A stretch of DNA of 64,000 nucleotides from Phoronis australis (taxonomy: Eukaryota; Animalia; Phoronida), in assembly GCA_002633005.1 (NCBI GenBank), contig NMRA01000323.1:443997-507996 (forward strand), given 5' to 3'. The notes under the pieces were generated by a model. It searched no databases, was not told the origin of the DNA, and saw nothing but the letters and a program-made list of their open reading frames with translations. A program made the translations under genes and the position numbers. Positions 1 to 12,500 of the stretch are shown here, piece by piece (within the stretch, counting starts at the first letter, position 1; every line of letters starts with the position of its first letter).

Positions 1-499
1 CACCTCAACTGATTAAGAAAAACGGACACGAGGGTGATGACTTCACAATTCTCCACTAAGCAGTCAAAATAACATCGGCACAGCAATGCATCTCATCATT
101 TGTTGCACATCTTTCCAATACAGCAACATCAAGAAAAGTGACAGAAAATCAGGACTTGAATGTAGTCAAGAACTAAGAGGTTTCCCGCTCATATATTCTT
201 AGGGCAGTTCAAACTGCGGGACAATGGACTGCAGCTGCTGGCTCTTGAGTACGACCACAAGAGCTTGCAGACTTGGCAACATTAACTGACTTTACAACCC
301 TTCTCATCAAGACAGGTAATAAATAATTACACGACAGAATTCTGGGAAGGAAAAAAATTGTGCGACTGCGTAACAGCTACCTGAGTGATTTTGCGTTCAA
401 CCGGAAGCGAGAGTTCGTAAAATGTGACGCGCTATAAAGGAACAGCCAGCACTTCTGAACTAACAGAAACAAACCAATTGCACACCACGGACAACATAC

Positions 500-589
500 C
501 CTTGCTCTCAGGAAACCATGCGGACTCTGGAACTCCGGGAAAATATACTTCACCAGTATGTTTTCAACTTGATCTTTGTATATCTTTTT
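500..589 (-). CDS. IPO7: Importin-7 exon 12 ([30 protein letters not shown])
   Basis: tttcAG / GTATGT boundaries, 90 nt. Confidence 0.94.
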
Positions 590-3500
590 CTGAAACGTAA
601 AAGTAAGTGTCAATATGTATTACTAACTTGATAGGCGTTAAATTACGATTCAACTGTGCCACAAAAATATCCCTACAGGCCATGTCTTCACTCAAAGGTA
701 AAGCTTAATCATCTGCAAAAATTTGTGAAATGGGCACAGGTGGAAACAGAAAATTTGCAATTCCGCCTCCCCCCTCCCACCCTGCTTCTGTTCTCACCCA
801 CACTGTAATCAATGTCTCCAACAATTATTCAGTTATCACTCTTTTAAGCAAATGTGTCAAATTCTTGAGAATGCAGTAAGAACTTCATGAGTGAGACGCG
901 TCTTTTCCAACACCCGGAAGCTCCGCCTCCTAGCTAAAAGTTAACAAACAACCAATAAGTTTTACCCGTGTTGTTTGCAGGGTAAAATGGCGGCCTGGAA
1001 ACGAAGGTGTGGCAAGAATGCTGCGTTCCGATTGGTCAGTTGAGCTGTCACTCAAAATCCTGCACCCTAAGCTGCAATGCACCAAATTACAATGATACCG
1101 ACGTTTCTTACCCTACCCAAAGTGGACACAAGTTAGATCAGCTTGTTTGTGGAAATTTCAAAGCACTACCTTGATGAGAATGTCTCCGATGGAGCCCAAA
1201 ATGTGCAAAATGCCATCCTTCTGACGCGGCAGTACGTCGGCCTTGCCCAACATGTCCATGCAGAAGCCCATCGTTTTCTGCAACACCTGCTTCCTCGTGG
1301 ATACAACGCTGTGTAGCAGCGACTGCGCTGCCGTTGTTGGTGACAGGAACTCCTCGAACACATCTGAGGAAAACATCCGGGACACAATGCAATCGTGGGC
1401 AAACAAGTTGACGAAAACTCTCCTCGTAAACTGATAAAATGCCGAAGCAAAAAATTCCAGACAATTGCGGGGATTTCATTCGTGGCACTAATGTCCTTTT
1501 CCAAATGCATTGTGGCATGGTTGGCAACTCATTAACAGAAGGTGACATCACACATAACTTGATGACGCAGAGACAATTTTACAGAAACCAACATTTGTCA
1601 CTTGAGCATGCCACAATTGAAAGCACGCGTCCACTGCAACATACCTTTTGGTGCGAACGTGACAGAGCAGCCATGACAGAGAAACCAAAGATTAAAAGGG
1701 AGACTCAACATGCAAAGAATCAATACAAAGATCAGCAAAACTTGAGGCATGTACCATCTGATCATGCTAAAATTAAATCTCACCACCTAAAACGCCATCA
1801 TAGTTATCTATGATGTCACCAGTCGTATACAAGCAGACAACCATACCACAATGCATTTGAAAAACGTCAGCATTTCCGTACATGAAATGCCCGAAATACT
1901 AACTGAAAGTCGATTAATAGCCGACATTCGAAATAGCTGCACCATATTGGAATTCACTATTTCCCCAGATGGTGATCAGGTCTTTGGTGGACAGGCATTC
2001 AACAACATGTAGAGCTCCCATGTAATGCTGACAGGAGGTTTCAACCTTCTTGTATAAACAGTGCTATAACACCTTTCCTGTTTACACAATGCCCGCAAAT
2101 TTCAACTTATGTGGTGGGATGTAGTACTGCCTTACAAAACAGGAGCAATGCGGAGCGTCGATATGCATCCAATACAGCAACGCAAGCAGTGTGCTTCTAG
2201 GGGTGTGTGCAAGTGTCAAAAATGGACACTAGGTGACGCAGAATACGTCAAATCCATTCCACAAGAGCAACGCGGAGAGTTGAAATGTGCCCATGAATGC
2301 ACTGCGAATGGTGTGCTTAAATGCGGGTTTATTTGTATCATAAAAATGGCCACTAGATGGCGAAAAATATGTCCAATCCATCCAAAAACTGGTATATGTC
2401 ATCAAAACTATTTACCAAATTTCATACAAATCCATCAAGAAACTTCCCAGAAACTGAGGAAAACGGAAAAAATGAAATTGCCACTAGGAGGCCATGGGAG
2501 CAAAAAAACGTAACTGCCACTAGGAGGCACCACAGTCGTCGCAAAATCATCATAAACTGTCCTCTTCACACTAAAACATACATGTCAATTTTCACAATCA
2601 TCCTTAGAGTGGGAGTAGTTTGCTTGATAGACACCTGGGACAGGTGCCAAAATAGACTAAAAGACAGTAAACATGGCCAGTAGATGATGCAAAATATGTC
2701 GAAAACATCCGAAAACAGGAACATGTTATCGTTTCAATAGAAAGCTATTTACTAAATTTCATAAAAATCCAGCTTCCGAGAAACAGAGGAAAACGGAAAA
2801 ATGAAATTATAATATAACTATGCGGGCATATAAAAAGGCAAACCTTTTGAAATATCAATGTATGAACATGGAGATCATGTTCCATAACCCAGCTGGTATC
2901 AAAAAGTTAAAATAAATTAATAGAGAACTTAAAACTAATGGAACGGTCTGGCAGTGGAATTTATTCCTCTGCTCTTAAATCAGTGAACCCCTGCACAGTA
3001 TTTCTGTCCTGACCACCAAATCTGGGATCAATCGGAAGTCACATTCCTAATCTCATTACTCTAGAGAGCGCCGATATGAACAGTTTTTTATTGTGTTCAC
3101 AACTACATAACACACTGGAATGACATACAAAATGGGGTCACCCCATCTAGACTCACCGTACTTGGTGCGAATGTACTCAATGGGGTCGGCCTCCCAAAGT
3201 TCTTCGTCTTCCTCATTGTGACACATGAGTGGAAACAACACTTCCTGAATTATAGCCTGCATGTGTTGCTTCAGGAATTTCCAGGAAACTGAGTGCCCGA
3301 TGCTGAAATGGTAAGAGACAATGGCTTGGCAAATACAAGTCAATGATTTGCTGCTGAACTTGACAACGGTGTGAGATGTTCTGTAAGTCAATTCAGCGAA
3401 ATACTAACTGGGAGTCATATAGAAAGCACATGCCAAACATAATCGGACAAATTCATCTGGACGTACGCTTCATGACAACCAAATACAAGCAGAATTCACG

Positions 3501-6500
3501 TTCACAGCATCTGGGATGAAGAGTCGTTGCCCACAGTGACAGGGACACGGAAATTTGCACACTTCCCTTTGGCAGATACTTGTACAGAAACGCATTGTGA
3601 AAATGTTAACGCAAGCCACACAAGAATCTTAAAAAAAAACGGAGTCACAAATTGAAGAAAATGTGCTTGATCGTCATCCCTTGGGCATTAGTTTTAAGAC
3701 CCGTCAGATAAAGGCAAACACTAACAAAGTCGCTTCATCTGACTTGTCACCAAGCAAGTCATCTGCCCACTTGCAGTAGCAATCTTGACCACAAAATAGA
3801 TGAAGAACTCAAAACGAGCAATTTCTTGTGTAACATTGTCTTTTTCGTCCTTTGTTACATGAAACTACAATGAACTATGCATTATACATCATGCACTTTC
3901 AGATTTTAATACTCCTTACTTACAGCAAAATAACTGTAATATTTTCGAGATGGGGCCACCAGGGCTTGGAATGACCAATGACAAAACAGGAAAATTTTTC
4001 CAGGTGATGCATCATTCCACAAATAGGCTTGTGTAATAGAAATATTTTTTGTGTTACAAACAAAATAAACATTTTTGCATGAATTATGTCAAAATAACAA
4101 TAGAAAGACAACAAAAAGAGGAAACTAGCAATCAAGTAAGAGGAAATAGAAACCCAAAAAAGAGTAATTCCTCTTGAAAATTTCAAGCGTTAGTCATCCT
4201 AAGGGTAGCATCCACAATAATTATTAAATACCATAACACAGAACTTACGCCATGGTCAGGTAATTTAAAGCCAGCTGTACCACGCGTGGTGCTACATAAA
4301 CCTTTTGACGGTACTGATCCAGAACCTTCAGCAAAACTTCAAGGATGGGGCCTGAAAAAAAAAACAACGTACAACCTTCTAACGTCAACCCAAAAACAAA
4401 GTGTGACACATGAACAAGCACTGGGTCACGTTTCAACGACGGACGACATTACGAAGACTAGATCACAGCCAGATGGACAACAGATTTGCAACCGAGGTGT
4501 TTTCTTTCGCCACCTACTGCTCCCAGTTAGCGTATTGGGAGAAGAAATTCCAGAATCTACTTTTAATTACTGCCTGTCAGTTTGAGAGAAAAACCTATTG
4601 GTGTTATGAGTACTTTTAGCTAAAGGTCAAGAAGTACAAAATTAAAAAATTAAGCTCTAATGGCACATCAAACGACCACAGTCAACAGACATACATGCCA
4701 GGAGTAAAACTAAATAACTCAGTAGGTGTCGCTAGTAAATAAGGTGCTTGCGACTAGTAAGCAAGATCACAGATCTACAGCATTGAGAATATACAGAGTT
4801 GGCGGTCAACGTAACATAGCATATGCTTTTATCAATAATTGTGTTTGCCCAGTGTTATGGAGTAAGACAAACTGACCCGAATTACGTCAATTCTAAATTT
4901 TGTATTCAAATATTTAGCGATGACGTATCTGCCACGATTATGACGCGATTTGAACCGATGAATACAAATCCACAATTCCATTATATTTTCTAAAACTTGC
5001 AGTTCATGCAATTTTTCTGATCCAGGTTACAAAAACAAAATAATTGCAGGTGGTTTGATACACATTGTACCAGATGTGTGCAAGCCGCTCAAGAGGGCTC
5101 ATTGCACTGATCACTTGGAACTATTTTCATGCTTTACTAATATAAAGCTAACAACCAAGCCGAGGACCTAGAAACTCAACTCAAGGGTCTAGCAGTGTGC
5201 CCCAGTGGCACTCAAACGCACGACCTTGAGTCAAGGAAGCAGACAGTAATCCCACTAGGCCATACTACCTCCCTTCAGACTCAGGTAAGCATGGGGCAAT
5301 TTTTTAACAAAATTATGCATTTTGGATTTAATCAGTGTGCTATGCCAACGGTTGCAACCACTATGCTACGGGGGAGTTGAGAAAGATTGACCGGGTCCAC
5401 AGCCGCAAAATAATTGTTGAAGTACTTAGTAGTTTACAGCGCTACATAAATCTGTCTTAATTCTTGTTTTAAATTTTGGCAATTTAATTTCATATCATTG
5501 GGTCGAAAACATCAGAATGTCATACTAAACAAGCGAATAATTAACAAGAGCCAAAAGAATGGCAACTGGCGACTTAGAAGGTGCCAAAGGCAACTGGCGA
5601 TTTGTCTTCTTAGAGTGAAAATAACACTGAATGATTGGACTTCATCATTATTGAGCAAATTTGTCTTGTAAAGTCAAATTTGAACAGCCACATGACAGCC
5701 ACGCCCCTTACCAGAAAAGCTGTTGAGATACCAATTCGAAAACTTCTGATATTCCTTTGTGACAGAGCCAGGGCTGCCATATCTGCAAGAATACAGAAGA
5801 GGCTTTGTCAACAAATTTGCAAAGTACAAACCTGTAACTGAGCGATGAAGACAAGTTTGTTGCAGGAAACAGAACAAAACCTGTAAAGTGCTTTGGAACA
5901 CCTTTTGCAAAAAAATTATAAATCACATCAGGAACTTACTGCGAAATAATGAAAGCGGACATGCGGGTACAAGATAGGGTTCGTGGTTTGAGCGAGATAT
6001 CAAAGAGGCTATTTGGGTTAAAGCCAGAACACCCTCAGTCTTTGAATAGACATCAAGAGGTCAGATGTTTGACTAAGGCCTTGTAGTTGTCTAAAAACAC
6101 AGACAGAGGGTGATGGAAATTTTCGTGGGGACCAGTCAGTCATCATTCCCCAGTAGGATCCAGGCAGCTATGCAACATTGGGAGAATTATTTTACAGTAA
6201 GTTCTTGAAGTTGTGATTTATAATTTTTTAGCATCTAGTTATTTACCTGGATGAATGACACTGTCCATCGTCTGATATGATCACTATTTGTCAGGTATCG
6301 ACATGTGGCCAAATTGTCACTTCTGACCTTGAAGACTGAATCCAGGACGGATTCATAACAGCAGAGCATAATACGATAAAGTTAAAAAAAACAACTAAAC
6401 GAGTACTGAAGTTTGTAACAAGAGCAAGGCGTAGCTTTCAAAGACAAACGACACAGAATCATAAACCTTACCATATACTAAAAACCAGTATTGCAAAATA

Positions 6501-9500
6501 CATATTTTACAAAAAGTGGGAATATTCTAAACTCAGCAATAGATGGACTACTGTGGTTCTTTTGTTAGCCTTATTTGCCTATATACAGTACACAAGTCTT
6601 GTGAGCCCCAGCAGTGAGTGTGTGTGTGTATATGCGTGTGCGTGTGTGTGTGTAAGGAGCTCGCCAACTTGTCCAATTTATTCAAAAAATTACTAAAAAT
6701 CTAGAATGGGCAAAATACACCATAATCACCGTTCAAATGTCCTCGCCAGTATGTGCAGAGCCCACTTTTTAACTTTCCACCAAGGCAACTCTGGCCGGTC
6801 ACTCTCGCTAACTTGATTGGTTCCCTGAAAATAGAGATCACCATTCTTAACATACTACGGAAGGATTCGGGTACATGATTTCAAATTACCATCAATATCA
6901 GTGTAAACAAAATACGGCGCAAAATGAAACAAGATTTAGATGATTGAACTGTTGCCAATATGCACCAATCGCCATACTGGATGTTGCACGATATTTGGAA
7001 CGGCGATTTCATCAATCATCATCAGGTGAAAGACTATCCCTGTTGAGTTGTAAACAGGTAAGTTAGTGACAACTACAATAATTTTTGGGCAATCGATTAT
7101 CATTGCCTGGAGCTGAAGGTAACTTTGCACGGTTTTTAAATGTTTTCTGTAAGAGGAGGAGGACTACATCTGGCCCTAGAATTGAGCTACTGAGGGCCCT
7201 GGTGAGATACTGTTTCCTGTCACAGCAACCAATTCCACTTGGCAAAACTGACGCATAACAACACGTCATTATAATGTAATTCCTTTTTACAACAGCAGTT
7301 CCAGCAAAAAGCAGTCAATTCTCCCAACTTTCAAAGCGTCTATGACAACTAGTTCCACTGGGACAGCCTTCATGCCACGGAATTGGCCTATAGCAAGCTC
7401 CGCTCCCTTGCGAAAAGTCACGCAAGACCCGACAAACAAACAATAAGTTTTAGCCCACGTGTTGTTTGTCGGGTAAAATGGCGGCAAGGAAATGAAGGTG
7501 TGTCTAGACGGCTGCATTCTGTTTGGTCAGCTAAGCTGTCACTCAAAATCTTGACAATAGGGCAATTCTGGGATCTCATGTCAGACTACTCTTAGCTCAC
7601 ACTATATGTGTCAAAAGGCTCAACACTTGGCGTAACGTCAACTCATCGAATGTCACCGGACAAAAATCCCAAACCGGCAAAGGGGAACTGAGATTGGCAA
7701 ACCTTGGCAAGAGCCAGAAATACAATAAGGGAAACACCTTGAAGTGAACAACCAGTTAATTCAGACGCTTCTTTTTTGCATGCTCGGTGACAGGCAGTTT
7801 TCTCTTCTCGGGCCCAATATACTGCACAGGCTCACCTCTTGAGGCAGAACACAATCACACTTAAGTTACCTGTGCACGACTCATAAACGGGCCCTTCTGA
7901 TTTTGACTTGTCTGTCTACTTCCCGTATAGTATGTAGAGTGCATGCACAGCAACCCCATGGTGACGTGGGACTTCAATCAGAATGCGAACGAACTATGAA
8001 GTCGCATTTGTGACCTGAAGCTCATGAGTGCGCAACAAATTACCTCTGGCACAGGACTGTCGATAATTTGACTAACAAGCTTCATCCACCCCATGAAGGC
8101 TTCCTTGTTGACCAGTTGTAAGGAAAGGTGAAACTGAAACAAATTAGAGCAAAATTAAAAATATGGAACATTGCACAAATGTGTCTCCTGCTCCCTTGAG
8201 AGAGAATGAGAACCTGGATATAGAGTGAACGTGATTGCCAGGAGTGTGCTCATATTTAACAGAAGTACAAAATATAGAAATGTCATGAATGATCTGCAAA
8301 TTGAAACTTGATTTTCTTGCTGTGGCTTTAAAAATGAGGTCAAGTTCATCAAAATCACCTAGTGCGTAGAAGTGGCACACCTACGTATTGATATAAAAAT
8401 GGTCTAAACCCTCCTTCTTAAGATATCATGCCCAACTATTGGAGTATCATGTGCCCCCCCAAAACATGCTCTGGTACTTGGTGACTGAATTCCCTGATCC
8501 CTGGAACTGGAATTTGGTTGTCACTAATAGGGAACATTTACCGTGGGTGTGTAGAGTTCAGGGCTACAAGTCCAGGGATTTGTAACCGAGGTTTGGTGTC
8601 TTCTGGTGCCAAGGCTTGGGATGATCAATGACAAAAAAGAGGAAAATTTTCCAGGTGATGTATCGTTCCACAAAAAGGCTTCAAATAAAGGTTTTTGCAA
8701 GTATAAGGTTAAAATAACGATAAAAAGACGAGAAAATAGGAAACTGGAAATCAAATAAGAGGAAATTGAAACCAAAAAAGAGGAAAACTCCAAGCCCTTT
8801 GGTGCCAGAGTGGAATTTAGGGGATCATCGCTGGAATAAGAGGCCTGACCATGGAACGTCACCACCTCTTGTTACAAGGACAGGAGATTTAACGTACGTG
8901 AAAATACTCCTTGTGGAGATATGGGTGCAAGTCAAAAAAGAAAGTTTTGTATACTTTGAGAATGTTCATAATAATCAACAGTGACAAAAACACATCAGAA
9001 AAATATCACGAATCTATTTCATCTAGTTATTGCTACCAATGTCACTGTTCAAGTGGGAACCTTCGCTTATGGCACAAATCTCCTAGTTAATGAGTTACGA
9101 TCTGACCATTCCCGAAGAGTCACGTTACCTGGGTCAGTGCGTAGAAGCACTTGAGGATTTGCTTCTGCACAAGGACAGCTAGATCTGATTGGTCAGCCAG
9201 TAGTTGACAGGCACGCTGATAGATAAGCGGCAACAGTACCTGCATAGCTTGATTCAACGGGCCGCGTTCATCATGTCTCTTAAACCTACAAATGTTTCGG
9301 AGCTCATACATAGAAAGAGACAAAGTGATAACAGAAAACCGATGCAATTCACAGAATTCGACTTCTTTCACGACATTTGAGGTTTTCGGGAATCCGTGTA
9401 TTTCAGCAGTGGGTTAATATTTTTAGTTTTTAATTACAAAAAAATTACAAAAGAAACTTCCAAATTTGTTACTGAAGACCAATTCTGGTCACTACTCGAT

Positions 9501-12500
9501 CAACAATTGATCTGTTGCAGGCCTGCTCATGAATTGTACATTCATTCTTAAGGTGGCGCTGTTTTTTTTCCAGTTTCTGAAACTTGAGAAACAGTCAACT
9601 AGGCCTGCAGCGAGTTATCGGTAAAATGACTTATTTAATAAATTTGAAAACATAACACCCAGAATTTGCTACTTTTAAGAAACAGAATCGTGGGTTTGCT
9701 AACGGTTTCTCTGTATTTGAAGGCAGAAAATCAAGATCTTTCTATAAATTACTCAGTTGTCTTGGTTAATCAAATATTCTAGGACAGTGAAGCGATTAGC
9801 ACTTGTTTTGAGAAACGTTCGGTGAAATCGTTATGCGCATCCAACGCTAAGTTTCATTATACGGTTCAAACTGACTAACTCCAGCAACCATCAAACCACC
9901 CGTACGCCTGTACGCACGCACGCAAGCACACACACATGCACCCACACGCACACAACTAAACATAGTGTTATCAAGCTCCAACGATTCCTGCTAAAGAGAA
10001 ACTGCCACCACTGGAAACACAGCCCTTCAAATTATCCATCTTAATATCTCTATCAGGGCTTGGAATGACCAATGACGAAAAACGCGGAAACTTTTATGGC
10101 CCAAATCATGCTACCCGGCCTTGAAATGGTCGATGTGAACCTTTCCCCGACAAAAATCGGGAGGACTAAAAAAAAAAAAAACGTTACCATCATCAGTAGC
10201 ATACGTCTGCGCCCGTTTAGCTCGTCCGTCCACTCCCAACCCACATTTTTGGTTGCAGAGCTGCAGTATTTGTTTACAACAACACGAAACGCCATTGAAA
10301 ATCCTACCACGCTATCCCAGATGCCCCGGAAATATTGACAATTTACGTTCCTCCGAAACATAAAGAGCAACTTCCGCTTTTCGAGGTGAACGTCGTCTGC
10401 AACGCCGCGGTAAGAAAGGAATTTGCCGGGGAAATTTTATTTCAAATCCGATTTTTTTACGCGGAAATTTAATTAAATGCGAGGACAGAACATTTGAAAA
10501 AAGCGGAAATCCGCGTTTCCGCGGAAAATTCCAAGCCCTGCTCAATGACTACAGAGAAACTACATATTCTGCCACAGACCAATAGACACTTAGCTCACTA
10601 ATTGCTTAATAAATAAAAGACCAGGGAAAAAGCTTCCAAACTTTCTGTAAGATGCTACTCAGAAACCGACCAACCACATTGTATATTATTAGAAGGTTAT
10701 CTCAAAGTTTGTCACATGATTGGTTAAATTTCTAGTCGCGTCTGCAGTAAGTTTGGTGGTCTCGTGAAGTTGATACCCACTCATAGTTCTTGATCAGCTG
10801 ATGGAGGCACAGCAGCGCCCCCAGACAGATACTTTGGTTGTCAGACATGACATACTGGTGGATCTTGTCGGCAATATCGGGCCAACGTCCAGGAAAGTCA
10901 TGCTTGATGATGTGACTCGTGCAAACCACCAGCTGCACACTGCAAGGGGAGATAACTCGCATTAACATCAAATAACCATCTGCATACTGCAAGGGGAGAC
11001 AACTCTCATTAAATATTAAACCAGAAGCTGCACACTGCAAGGGGGGGGGACAACTCGCGTTAATAATAAACATGTTGTCTAGCTTTTTCCAGGTTTGAAT
11101 GTAAAGTAGTTAAAACGCTGTACACTGAACCTTTCAGTGCACCCAACAGCAGTTTCAACGCAGGAACCCCATGCAGTGTTCGACCAGAGCTTACCGGGTA
11201 ATGTCTGGCGCCTCAATTATGACCTCCACAATTGTGTCGCGGATGGCCTTGCGGTCCTGCTCGTGGATGTGAAAGGGTACCGGGTCGGAGGGATTCTCGA
11301 TTTCTCGCTCGTGCCAGTTCTGCATGATCATGTTTTTCAGGTACACAACCCCTGAAATAACAGAATGCGTAGTAACGAGAATGGTAGATACTGTTATTAA
11401 AAACTGTTATTACAAACTATAATGCAAGCAGCTGACTGCAGCCATATATCACGTGCGATTTGAAGAACAAACATCGGTTGGGATTAGTGAATTTCCTGAG
11501 TGAGTAGCCAAGATGAACACACAGGCATCAACTTGATAGACGACAGGCCAACTCAAGCTTGTCAGATTTTCCAGTGACACAAACATATGTCAAGTGAAAA
11601 GTTTAAAGAAAACATTATCAGAAGGTCATTTAAGGACTAGCTTGTTAAAAAGACTGGTGTACATGATTTACTCTACAAACAAACACAAAAGAACTTTTTG
11701 CCAATGTCAGGCAGCGTCTCAAGGCCTGGCCACTCCTGAAGTACTCACGTCTGCTTCACCTCCTTCACCGTGATGCACATGTGAAATTTCATATCCTCTG
11801 TCTACTACAAATGCAGCTTTCATCATACAGATACACAATATTAGAATTGTGCTTGATTTGACGACCTGCAGGTCGTCAATGCAACTTCGGATTGTGTTTG
11901 GCGACCTGGGAACAATCCCAAGTCACCATGAACATGCCACACAGAGTATCAAAAGTCGGACAATAATTTGCCCAAATTTGTTTCAAAATTTGTGGTGATT
12001 TCCAAACTTCAAAATACTAACACTTTTCCTGGACTCTATACTTCTGGTTCACAATTGTTCCGTTATTTCATGAAATCGGCGCATTTGCCACCCTCAGGAG
12101 CCAGCACATATCAAACGTGCTTAAATTACAGCAGCAAGAGAACAGACTGAAGTAGAATTGTCCAGCAAACGTCGGGCGAGATCGGACCATGATATACGTG
12201 CCCCCAGTGTATCCGATCATCTGCGTTCCTCGTTTACAGGAGGAACCGAGTTATAGATTGAATGGAAGAAGTGTGCGTAATTTTTTGGGAACGGGCCACG
12301 AAATTCTGGCGACGTCAGTTTTGGCGACCTGGGATTTTCACGAGGTTGCACTTAGTGACAAGCTAAGCGTTGAGCACTGTAGGGAAACATACAAGTTAAC
12401 TAAACAAAAATTTGAAATGGCTGAGAAAAAAAAAACTTAAATTTGCAATGGCTGAGAAAAACAAAATTTATACGGAAAACGGAACAACTTGGTCAACATA

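Noticed and set aside
1668-1678. SNORA23 orthologue based on CATGGCTGCT
   Set aside because: Only a 10-nt recalled match with no further similarity; cannot be named without a covariance-model search.
1138-1813. Several overlapping 60-137 aa ORFs
   Set aside because: Shadow frames of importin-7 exon 11 and intron sequence; only 1170-1363 has splice and homology support.
3658-3815. H/ACA snoRNA candidate ending AAGCACATTT
   Set aside because: Small hairpins present but no convincing two-hairpin/H-box layout by eye.
6065-6080. Guide for U2 snRNA Gm19 (CTTAGTCAAA vs UUUGGCUAAG)
   Set aside because: 10-bp pairing exists but the fifth nucleotide from the D box falls two positions away from G19.
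10930-11070. CRISPR-like array
   Set aside because: Whole units are repeated without unique spacers, eukaryotic intron context, no cas genes.
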